Shown here one piece after another: positions 12,472-24,205 of a stretch of 64,000 nucleotides of DNA. The notes beneath the pieces were generated by a model. The model worked only from the letters and a program-made list of their open reading frames with translations. It did no database searches and was not told the DNA's origin. Made by a program: the position numbers and the translations under genes. Location of the stretch: contig CM030332.1 in assembly GCA_017654855.1 (NCBI GenBank), positions 2,046,001 through 2,110,000 of the forward strand. The letters are read 5' to 3'. Positions within the stretch are counted from its first letter, which is position 1, and every line of letters starts with the position of its first letter. The DNA comes from Podospora anserina. Its lineage: Eukaryota.

Positions 12472-14236
12472 CACGTGTTTGCAGCATAGAGGCGATGCGA
12501 TTCTGGGTTGCGTGTGAGGCGCGGGAGTGGTCGCGGTAGCGCCTCAGGAGTACCAGTCGTGCCATCTTATACTCCCACCTCTTCAGTGTCGGCCGGCCAT
12601 GTAATTGTGCCCCAAGGTGCCCGACTTTCAGCCCACGACACTTCCATTCCCCGCAACTCTACGTGGCTCATCCCTTCTGACCGACGGAAAATGGCAGTGG
12701 GGTACAACAGTCAACTCTTTGCTTCCGTTTGTGGTAGGGAAAACAGATACCCGGACTCAAGTCCGGATAGATGGATTCGCTCCGGCTCGGTTTGCCCTTG
12801 ATACTCCAGGCGTGCCCGTGTTACGAAGCCAGTGGACGTGCGCTGTTGTCATGGACGCTTTGCAGATTTGCAGGGCGAGCGAGTGCCTTTTTCTCGCCTG
12901 CTGTATCACCCCCACCGGGTCTTTTCCTGTCCTCTGACATTTTGACAGAGCTGTCTATTCCCTCTTTCTACTCTATCTTGAGGCTCTACGTGGGTTGGGG
13001 GAACTCTTTTCCATCGACTGCACATCGGATAGGAACCATCTAGACTATCCCGAGCAATGCACGCTTGTCTACACGTCCGAAAGCAGCGCCCCCATGACCC
13101 GCATCCGCCGTCCTTTGACTTATTCGCCAGCGTGGTCCCTACCGACCACGCATCATTACTGCCCGGTCTGGACCTGCTGTCCCCTTGGAACCCCTTACTC
13201 AGACGCACCCATTACTAAGACACCCCACGCTCGACGTCAAATCCAGACAGTCAAGCAACGTCCCACAACACACCGCGGAACGCACAGCAACCGCGGGATC
13301 TCAGGCGTCACCAACAGAAAAGGAAACGGAAATGATGATAAAGCAGTTAGTTCTACCCTTCAACACCAAAAGAAAGAGATGAGTGACAAAAGGACCCTGG
13401 CCCGTACCACTCCCGTGTTTCCCCATCCTCCTCCCCTTCCCTCCCTCGGACATCTTTCCCTTCCCTTTCTCTAACAAGAAAGAATTCCACTACCTCTTCG
13501 CACCGCATAAAAGCAGTATCATCAAACACCCCAACGTCGATCCCGACCTTGATCACATCTTCGGGTCGTTTATCTCCCCTCTCCTCCGTCCTCCTCCGCA
13601 TCTCGGCCTGACAGGTACCACGTGCTACCAAAACCCCCATATCAGTTTGTGCTATGTGTGTTCCCCCCTCTCTCGTTCACACAAACTAGCGATTTTGCAA
13701 CACCGTGCACAGCAGGAGGAGGGAGGGCACGAAATAGAACCGGCTATCAGAGCTTTACATCGGCCATCGCCCAGATGGATTATGGGGGGTTCGTCCTCGT
13801 GACAGAACTGGCGGGATGGTGGTGTTAGTGACCGTGCGGACTCGGAAGAGTCGGCGAATTGTGTGGGACCGAAGGGGCTGGTTGTTTTCGCGATGGAGTC
13901 GCTCTGGCTGTTGTAGATATCTGGGCATTCATTCACCAGAACGACATCATACTTCGGCTGCAGAGTCGGTATCAGAGAAAAAGAGAGGAGTGGATGGAGA
14001 AACGTAGAGATATCTGATAGATACTACCGAAGGGACAGAAGTGCCCTCGGGCTGACTGTCAAAAAGCGCTCATATTGCGGGAGTCTGGGCGAAGGTTGTG
14101 TGACAAACATGTTGAAGCTCGAAGTAGACACCAAGGTCACAAAAATGGCCGGACGCTAAATTGCCAAAACTGCAGTAAAGGATACCAAAAACAATCATCA
14201 TGTCCCGGAAGGGGTGAGGGAAATTACAAAACTTGA

Positions 14237-14308
14237 TGCCCACAGCCAGAATCGAACTGACGACCTCATCATTACTAGTGATGCGCTCTACCACTGAGCC
14301 ATGCGGGC
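14237..14308 (-). tRNA. tRNA-Thr (AGT), no intron
   Basis: GCCCGCATGGCTCAGTGGTAGAGCGCATCA-CTAGTAA-TGATGAGGTCGTCAGTTCGATTCTGGCTGTGGGCA folds into a full cloverleaf, with a T-run downstream. Confidence 0.95.
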
Positions 14309-15683
14309 TGAGCTGACGTGTTGAACATGTCACCGGCAATACCCTTTAACAGACGAATGCCGCTGAAAGCAACGGACCAAGAGATTCCTTCCTTCCTGAT
14401 CCTCTCCCTCTTCAAAAGAGCATCCACGAATGGGGATGGTGTCGAGCCATTAACATTGTCTCTCAAAGCCAAGAAGTATATCAGGCAGAAAGCGGGGCCC
14501 ATTGTCTCCCTCTACCTACCTACCTACCAAGAACACGACACCCCTTTGTCCAAGTAATCATGTCACCAGCAAACAATAACAATTGCCAGCGGTCGTGATA
14601 TATGAGCTATCAGAAAAGCATGGTACTTCTGGCAAAAATAAAAATAAAAATAAAATCCCTCTCTTGTATTAGGACCCGACGCTCTGGATGTGACAGAATG
14701 CTCCGGCGTCAACCGACGACGACGTATGATGGAGGCACGTCGATCTCGATGAAGCTGGCAACATGTGGCCAAAATGATTTTACCTTGCCACCCGGGCTGA
14801 ACGATGCAACAAGAAACACACTTTGACCACATGTCTGACCGGCTTGTGGAAGTGAGATGTGAGATTGTATGTTGTGGCCGAAGTCGGCTTGAGGATGGCG
14901 TCTAACTCTGGGGCATGAACGGTTGGGGATTAAATCGCAGGGCTTTCTTGGTTGACCGAAAGGATGATGCTGACTAGGTAGGTAGGTACCTTACATACAC
15001 CCCTTCAAGTTCACGAGTACACGGGAGTATGAGGTCTATGAGCATCAGCCCATCTTGTCCGTTGCTTCATCGCCCACGAGCAAAAGTTTGGGGCTTGGAT
15101 TATCTCATAAAACACAACAGTCAAACCCAGTAAGCAAGCCGAGCTTAATATCACACATTCATCAATGATGCTGATGGTGAGCTACTCCAAAGACACGAAC
15201 AGTGATGAAACGCAGAGCGCCTGGCAAAATCACAGTAAGTGGTCGGGTCATGAGGAAGAAGCATCCGAGCAGACCTGGCAGAATCATTCAGGTCTCATAC
15301 GTAACAGAAGATTGCATGGTGTAGGTACACACTGACGAGCTGTCTAACCCGCCTCATCATCCGTCACAAAGCTCCCATCCCCTTGGTATACATCATTCAA
15401 CATTCCCCAAACTCCACCCATCCTCGCGCCGAAATTAACAACCTGTCCTGGGTATAGTAAAACAAACTCATGACGCCCCGCTCACACTACCGTAATCCGC
15501 CGTCAGAACAAGACATGACAAACATACAGGCCGGCCTGTAGAAAAAAAGTAAGAACCCCGGGGATGAGCCAGCAGGAGGTGTGCCCGCCTTCACCTTGTC
15601 GATCGACAAGGCCATCCTCGTCATCACTCGAAAAGGCTCGTCAACCCATCCGCACGTGGTCGCTGACCACCAACCTCGCCCTA

Positions 15684-17881
15684 TCATAAAGAACCTCCCC
15701 TAATAACCCTGACCTGCCCCTGCCCAGCCCTCGGACTCCCCGGCCCCCCCAAAGGTGGCACCAAATACTCCGACGGTCTTCGACTCCCATACTCTGACGG
15801 CCGTCTACTCCCACCCCCACCATCAAACCCACCCGCCACACTCCCATGCCGTTCCCTAAACACCCTCTCCGGCGGCACCAACACATCATCCCCATCGTCC
15901 CCTTCCTCGTGACTAACCCTCCCTCTCCCATTCTGGTGCCAAGCCATCTTAAAGCCTTCCACCCCTTCCCTATCCACCACCGCCCCCCCTTCCTGTTGTT
16001 CCTCCTGCCACCGTCCCGGTATCCTCACCCCAGACCTGATCCACAAAGTCTTAAACTCCTCCGCCAACACAGCCCAGCTAGTCGCCGCAAAAATAACGGC
16101 ATTCCACAACCCCTGAAGCGGCAACACGACGGCAGAAGCAAGATTGAGCGAGTAGCTCGTCGTAGCTGGGTACATGAGAGCGTAAACGCGGTTGATACTG
16201 CTCGGCGTCCACGTCACGAGCACTGAGATCGCAAAAACAAACGAGGTCCGGAGATAGGCCAACTTGATCGGGTCCAGGTTGACAAGCTTGTACCGAAACT
16301 TCTTCCACGCCTGACCGACGTGGTTAAACCTGGTCTTCAACCAATTTTGCCTGTTGACATTCGCGACAGAGGCGGACCGGCATCTTGGGGCAGAGGAAAC
16401 GCTCGAGATAGTCTGGAACGGGTTCGAGTGCTGGGTTCGAGAGCACGAGTGCGAGGTGGGGGATCTCCCAAAGTCGTCGGAGTCGAGGGACTCGGCGGGC
16501 GATACCCACGGGTGGAGGGTGGCGGCTGGTGGCTGAGGGGCGGTGGCCATGGCATGGCGGTGGGCGGGCGGTAGGACGGGTGTGATGCTTGACGCGCCGG
16601 TGGGTGTCGAGGGCGGGGTCGCTTCGTGCTGCTGGTCGTGAGTGCCATCCGTCAGCGTCGAGGCGTGCGAGGAGCACTCTGCCGCTTCAGCTGTCACTTG
16701 GACCTCGGTCGTCACGGTGCCATAGCATGCGCCTCTTCTGTCGTCGAGTTGGGGTTCCTAGCGCGGTTGTTCATGTCAGCATGTCAAACACCCACGGGGC
16801 TAAAACGAAGCAGAGGAAAGAGAAAGAAAAGAGGGAAAACATTTGGAAATGACGTAGTAGGGTGTGACAAACATCTCGCCCCGGGAGACGAGAGCGCAAG
16901 AACAGAAAGAATGATAAAGGGAAAAAAAAGGGGCACCTTTTCCGCTGATCCTCTGAGGTCGGTGCCGGAGGCGTCCTTGGCCTGGTTGCTCAGTGTGAGG
17001 TTCCTCAACTGGTTACGCTGGTGAAACACATGGTAGCCGACTGCCACGTAGATGAGAGCAGACAGCGCGATGCAAGTCCAGATTGGTAGGTAGTAGAGAA
17101 AGATGCGCAGCTGATTGTACGCGTCGGCAATCCAGCACCACAGCTAAAAGCAAGTGTCAGCATCTTTGTATCATGAAAGTGGGAACCGAGGCCGCCATTG
17201 GAGCCGAAGTCGTGGTGTCGGTGTCGAGCTGAATGTGACGAGACCCTAGGTAGGTACGAGAGAGGTGTTGCGAGATGGGATGGAAAAGAGGACATACTGT
17301 TGCGTTCCCGTACATGTGCACATCGCCAGGCCGATGGAATAACATGACAACTGCCGGGACGGCGGGAACACCGAAGCAAACGACACAGTACATCCAGAGA
17401 TGTCTGTGAAAGTTGTTCGGGTTGTATGCCATGAAAAAAACCATGTACACATTGACAGCCATGGCAAGCGACCACCAAGGATCCGACTGCATGAACCTGG
17501 AGCTCCTATCAGCATCTCGATAAAGTCCAAAAGACAAAGGAAAACTTACATCTCCAGCAAAAACGCTTGAACTTTACATAGCCCAGAGTCATCCCCGGCG
17601 ACTATTCCAGCATAGCCGATCAAGCAGGCGATGCTGGCCCCAACGTTCGCAATGGAAGCAAAGAGGATAAAAGTGTTGGGTACCGTCCGAACCCGCTTAA
17701 ACATCCAGTAAGCCCAAAAGATGAAGGAAACCCCCACCAGGCTCAGGGAGGCCCCAAACCGTTCCACATGCTGGATGGTGTCTCGTTCTGTCGATGTCAA
17801 ATTCATGTAGCCGCTTTGTCCAGGGACAATCTTGAGAGCGGCCATAGCGAGAAAGAAGGAGGGAGACCAAGTGCTGGTCAT
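15684..17881 (-). CDS. cAMP-receptor-like 7TM GPCR; exons ~17881-17550, 17496-17298, 17143-16936, 16757-15684
   Basis: ERFGASLSLVG, PNTFILFASIAN, CKVQAFLLEMFMQSDPWWSLAMAVNVY, LWCWI, WTPSSINRVY and VLPLQGLWNAVIF are typical of the fungal cAMP-receptor-like class. The start may instead be ATG 17845. Confidence 0.88.
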
Positions 17882-20800
17882 GAACAGGGATATATTAAAT
17901 CTCAGACTTTTTTTGTTGACAAAAGCGGAAGCTGGTGTGGGAGGTGTGCTTGGTCGGTGGCCGGCGGGGGAAGGGGGGGGGAGGGGAGGGGGGAGCAGCA
18001 GTCGCGTGGGTGTGTGGGTGTGTGTGTGAGCGAGCGAATGGGTTCGGAATTCAGGTCAGGTCAGTATTCGACGTGGCTGCGCTAGAAGGTAGAAAGTGCA
18101 TGGGTGAGTGTCAATCCGCAAGATTGGGTGCTCAGAAATTGAAGCTCGCTGGTTTGCTGGCGGGGTGTATAGGTCGATAGATGGCCCAGCTGTGTCTCTT
18201 GCGGCTGGCTTAAGCTGGAGCAACTACCTTACCTGCAGCAATACAACCCCTGATCTGAACCTCTACAGGATCCGACGATGGCTGACCTTGTCCTCTCCAC
18301 TTTCAGCTAGGTAGCTATTTGGTTTCTGCTGGTATTCTGGTGTGATATCGCCAGCCTCAATGTTTGTTTCCGTGTTGGCATGCAGCAGCAGGTGCCTCGC
18401 TGTCAGTAGCAGGCCTGGATGGTTACCAGGTACCTGACCACAGATATCGGGTTGAAGCCAAGATGGGAGGAGGCTTGAAAGCCAAGGCGCGGAAGTGACT
18501 GAAATGATGTGCCGGGGAGAGACGGTTTGTCTGGGGAAGATGCGGCATGAGACAGCTGAAGAACGGCCGCCACAACGAGTGGTGGAAACAAATCTCGAGG
18601 GGGGTGGAAGGCGACCAGCGACACGTCCAAAACGTGCGGGTGCGTGTCTGGTTTTGGCAGGTGCGGATTCTCGAATCGAGTAGAGAGGGAGGGGATCTTT
18701 GCCAACACGAAAAAGGGGGCTGATTGTGCTGCTTCTTGGGTTCTGCATCCAGATGCAGTATCTGCACGCCACCTAATTCCGCCAGCAAACCTGCCCCTGA
18801 TTGGAGATGCCGTAATTTGTCTCCCTGGGTGTGTGGTATTCAGGACATGTGAGGCCTGCATGCACTGTGATATTCAAGCCAGAATGGCGGCGACAGTATC
18901 AACTCCGTATGCGTCCTGCCGCATGGGCTAGACACGATCCACCAAGGCTAAACAAGAATAAGGCACACAATGCCTTCCAGTCTGGCAATGCCAAGGCGGG
19001 ATTTCGAATTGTTGTTTCTCCTCAGATACACTTGGTTTGAGCTCTTGTTCGAGGCCGCTCATGGATGATGTCTGAGCTCACTTTTCCTCCCCCTCAGAGT
19101 AGGAGTGGGACTTTGCTCCAAATTGCTCGTGTGACTCGATACCGTGCCATTGCTCTGTGTGATTGGATGTTCCAGCGGAAATCGACAGGACCACAGCATG
19201 TGTTCCGGCCGGCCCTCTGTGCTGGGTGCCTCAGCTTGTAAATTGTTTTTAGACCTCTCTGTTCCATCAAGAAACCGAACTTCACCTCAGTCCTCCAGTC
19301 ATTTGACGTACCTTAGCGACTAAGTGGTATGTGGGCGTCATGTAGGTTCCAATTATGTATGCATGTTTGATACAACGCAAGTGAGTGTTCGTATGGGGAT
19401 GAGGTGGGAAGTAGTGAGAGGAGTTTTGAAGGTTCATCATCAGTGAGTGAGTGGTATGTGAGTACCTACCTATGGATAAGGCCAATGAGGCGGCAACAAT
19501 GATAGCCAATCACACCAAAGCCAATAGCAGGAAAGATGGCGGTTAGCTATCCGAAAGCCGTTACAGAGAAGCAAACATTCGTCAACCGTTTGCTGGGGGG
19601 GGCTTTGTGGGCGTTCTTGGCACTCATGGCGAAGGGGGGCTTTTGGACAACATGAAGCAAACATGAGATGAACAAACATGGCAGCACAGTGAGCCAGGGG
19701 TGGATGAGCAAGCCACAAATTTGCCTCGATTGGAACTACTGCATTCTGGGACCAGACCTTCGGCCCGAGGGAAAAAGGAACAGACGTCATCCCGTTCTTC
19801 TCGTCCGAGTTTTGCCCAGTATCAACGCCATTGTTTCAAGAGACGAGATGGTGACCTTGACCTACCTACGACGAGCTTTCCATCTCCGAAAGAGGTACAA
19901 GAACGTGGCAAGAACATTCTTCCGTTATCGCCGCGCAGATTTCTGAGTTTCGGGTTGAGGCCTAACTTCTGACCAAAAGTCCCATACTCTCAAGTCCTTA
20001 CGGAAAGGACGAACCGGGGAGTCGGGCTGTGAGTGCCCCGGTATGGAGCAACCAGGCGGAGAAATTGAGATGAAATATGGATCTCTGTGCTGTCGCTCTC
20101 CGGTCAGAAAGGCCTGAGGCAAAATCAATGGACCTTGATGCAGTGTTGTGGAACTTGATTTCTGCGTGAAGCGATCGGACACCCGCGTTCGCACAGACAG
20201 GGGCAGCGCAAGCAACGGCCGTCGACCTGACTCCTTCGTCCCTCTTGGAGCGATGCTCGTCATCGATTGGGTGCCTCCTACTTTGAATGAAAACTCAGGC
20301 ACTGCAACCAAGCAAGTTGATATTCCGCATGTCACTTCTCGTTCGATGGGCATCTTTCGTCTTCGGTCGATCCAGCGTCTGAGGATCAAGGAAAAGAAGA
20401 GGCAGGGCAGGGTATTCGGGACAGACTGCATTTTCTATTGATTTATGTAAAGTGGGATCCCGGCTTGGCTGCCGTCGCCATGCGACACAGCGCATCGAGC
20501 TGGGCACAAGGCACAGGCACATCCTCGGCCTTCCGGTGAAGCGATGGTTCTGATGTTGTCTTGTTTCCCGTCCTTGTCCTTGACTGTTTCTTCTCAACCG
20601 CGAGAGTCACATTTCCGAGATGTCTTCCTGTCTTTTCTTCAGCTGCCATTGATCGTGACTCCATGTCGGAGAAGAAACACCGAGCCAGGGTAAAATTCTC
20701 CTGTCCGAGTCCAGCTCCATGGATTGGCAACAGAATTGGGACTGCTGTGTTCCGATGCAATTCCAACTCGGGAGTATCCCTGTAGTTTGCTGCCATTTTC

Positions 20801-21262
20801 CTAGAGTTGAAGACCAAAGTTTAGGGCTGTCGATTCGGTAGGTAGGCATCTTTCCCGCCTTGACTGGATAGATGCTTTGTTTGACCAACTTTGTCATCCT
20901 TGGAGAAGGCTTGCGACCAATGGTGATATCTTTGCATTAGTCTCCAAAGTACCTGCATTAGTTGGGTTGTTAACTCGACCAGTCAGATGGGTGGTGATGC
21001 TGTGCCGAATCCGTTGACGGGCAGTGGGCTGACGTTGCTGCAAGCCTCGAGACAGGACTAGAAGGCAAACATGCTATTTTGGAGGTGGAAAATGCCCGGA
21101 ACCGTTGAAATCTCACCGCAACCGCTTGGCGCGAAGATAACTTACCTTATGCGAGTTCACCTCTCATGTTCATCGCATGCCGCCCAAGAAGCCAGTAATG
21201 AGGATTGTGCTCGTAAAATTCAGGAGAGGAGCTGACAATCTTTCTAGGTATGTACAAAAGTC

Positions 21263-23602
21263 TCAACGGGTGTAGGTGCCATCGATCGTGTAATCCTTCT
21301 GCGGGCCATTGACAGTGTACGCCAAATTCCAATCCACCAGGTTGACCGCCTTGAAGCGAAAGTCATACTTGACGTCGTAATAATCCTTGATACACATGTG
21401 TCCAGCCGTCGCCTTCCAGCTCTTTTCGTTATCGTCCTTTGGCACCGTAAATTCCACCTTGTGAAAGAGGTAATCGGCCCTCTTCTGATCATCCGTCTTC
21501 GCAAACCAGACACTGAGCTCGTCCTTGTTCTCGTTGTAGCGCCAAATGTAGCGACGAGTGGCTCGGAAGGTGAAGCCGCTGTCGGCCTCAAAGTCGCCTT
21601 CTTCGATGTACAGGTACTCCATGCCGATATCACCGCCTTCTTGGACAATCTTGTCGAATTCGGCTTCGCGACCATCTCTTGTGCCCTCCCGGAGCAAGAA
21701 CCTGGCCGTACCGCTGAAATGACCGCTAGGGTGACTGGGAAGCTTGCTTGTGAGTTTCCTCTCCAGCTTCCACTCTCCCAGTAGAGACCGAAACACGGCC
21801 TTTGCGACAAATTTGCCAGATGATACACCTGCCCATACTGTTGCTTCGGTCTGCTTTAGAGATTTCGTGAACTCCGGCTGCTGAAACTCGTTAAGCCTCT
21901 TCGATGGATATCGCGCCGGAGTCAGAATGTTCATCTCGTTGCCAGCAGGGGGGAGTGCGGGCATAGCACCGAGATGGTCCACACGCTCCATTTCCAATGC
22001 TGTGGCAAATTCTTGCATGAGCCAGGCGTAGTCTCCCATGGGGAACTGAGATGCTCGTGGGTCGTCCCGAAGTGCGATCGTCCGTTGAATAGACTTGTCC
22101 TTGTCCAAAGCTTGTTTCAGGGCTTGGGCCAGAGCAACAGATCCTGATCCGCCGGCGTTCCAGAGAGTCGTGACAAATCGAGCTTGCATCTCCATCACAC
22201 CCCAGTATTGAGATCGGTAGAATCCCACGAATCCAAGGTTGGAAATGCAAGGGTGATATGTGCCATGGAATGCCAACGCAACGGTGTTGTTCAGATCGTC
22301 TGGAGAAAGAGAAAGCGTCTCCAGTTCTTCCTGCGGTAAAAAGGAGATTGAGTCAGATGCTTTGAAGCCAGTCGCCAAAACCACTGCTACAATGTCGTCG
22401 ACTTTGCCCCCTGTTGGCGAGATGATAGCCTCATGACCGGAAAGCTTGTCCAGTTTGCCCTGGGTCACAGTGATGAGCCCTGACCGGACGAACTCGTTGT
22501 AGTTGTCGCTGACTGCTATGAACTGTGGGTTGGCATGGTCCTTGTGGGTGAAGGCGAGTGCAGGGGAATAGATGGACTGGTCTGTTCCGAGAGCAGTTTC
22601 GTAAAGGGAACTGGTTCGAATTGCTGACTCCTCGGTAATGTGACCTTGCGTATTCGTCAATGGGTGGGGACGGTTGGAGAGGTTATAGGACGCCAAGTCC
22701 AACGGCAGGAAGGGGGGTGCCGGTGAGCTTGCCTGATTAGTACACATTTATCAGTTTTGCTCTCCCAGTTCTCCAACAACATGGAATGAATAGGTACCTT
22801 TGGTGATAGAAACATTGGCATTACCCAGACCGGTTTTTGAATAATGTGATGGACAGAGTATTTCTCAGGGTTCGCTATTGGGCTTGTTCCAGGCGAGTTC
22901 GTGACAGAAGACAAGTGTGTAGCAATGGTGCCGGCAATCTCAACGCCTGACATTTGGCCTCCGACAACAAGAATCTTGCCCCCTTTGGGTTTACCTCCTC
23001 CAAGCATATCCTTCAAATTTCGGTACTTGCTGCTGTGGATGACGGGTACTTCGGGATGCTCAGGAATCACGTCGGACCCAGGGACTGCTGGCTTCCCAAA
23101 ATAGCCCGAAGCAACGAGGAGATAATCAAAGGGACGTTCTCCCAGAGTTCCATCCTTTGAGCGAGTCCAAACACGCCAGGATCCAGAACGAGTTTTCTCG
23201 GTCCTCTCAACGCGAGTTTCTAGGCATAGCTCTGCCGCGAGGCAGTACGCTTTGTAGTACCGATCTAGATACTGGCCAACCTGCCACGCTTGCGGCAACT
23301 CAGGGGCATCTTCGGGCCAAGCAAGATCACTGAATTGGACGGTGTGTTTGCTCTGGTTGGCGACCATGAGAGGATGGATGAGGCCACCATTGTCGTCCCT
23401 CTGGGATGGCCAGAGACCCCCCAGTCGAGGTTGGGAGTCGACAATGGTGACCTCAAAAGTGCCCCTGGGCACGTCGTGGAGAAGAGACTTGGCGGCCACG
23501 AGACCCGAAGGCCCGGCCCCTGAAAAAATATTAGCATCAATATAAAGACTATAGTGTGGACAGTCCGGGTGACCAACCAACAATGCACACCGTCTTCGTC
23601 AT
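21263..23602 (-). CDS. Flavin-containing monooxygenase with a C-terminal beta-barrel-like (DUF6314-like) domain; introns 23577-23520 and 22797-22733
   Basis: FAD motif VCIVGAGPSGL, FMO-like motif VIHSSKYR, second motif VVGGQMSGVEIA and ATGF. The C-terminal domain reads LLGEWKLER...HMCIKDYYDVKY...GPQKDYTI. Confidence 0.85.
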
Positions 23603-24043
23603 GACAGCGTTCAACTGCGCAAAAAGTCAGTAGGCCGGCGCGCCCGGGAACGATCAGACTCCTCCTCACTTCGGATAGCCGAAGCCAGGGTCGGGCCGCG
23701 AGTAAGCGGGTCCGAAGCAGGGCGGGCAGCCGCCAACTAAGGCGAAAAACAGTCACTATCTTCTAAAGATGATGGCTAAGACTATGAAAGAAGATGGTTG
23801 TCTCGGGGCTTTTCGTTTGTTGGTTTGGTTCATTTCACTCAGGTTTAGTCATAATCATTCTCACCAGATCAGATGGCTTCTCACCAACCAGTAAGCGAGA
23901 CCCACCTCTTTGGCAGTTTTGATTGGTCTAGGCTTAGGTAGTGAGAGTATTACTCATCAACCCTCCAAGACAAATCTCATCTCACTCATCTCAACTCTCA
24001 GCTCATCGACTTCAAGCTCACGCACCTCTCATCACTCTCACAT

Positions 24044-24205
24044 ATATCCCATCCACTCGTCAAATTGGAAAATAACAAGACATGGGTTCAGACAACCTTG
24101 TGCTCTTTGCGTCCGCCCAGGCTCGGTGCTTGCATGGTGTAGGTGGCAGAGGGTGGTTGGAACCCATGTCTTGTTATTTTCCAATTTGACGAGTGGATGG
24201 GATAT
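24044..24205. repeat. Perfect 46-bp inverted repeat with a 70-nt spacer (hairpin)
   Basis: 24044-24089 ATATCCCATCCACTCGTCAAATTGGAAAATAACAAGACATGGGTTC is the exact reverse complement of 24160-24205. Confidence 0.95.

Noticed and set aside
19600-20900. Several 90-170-aa ORFs on both strands, possibly a decayed gene
   Set aside because: No recognisable motif or consistent splice model.
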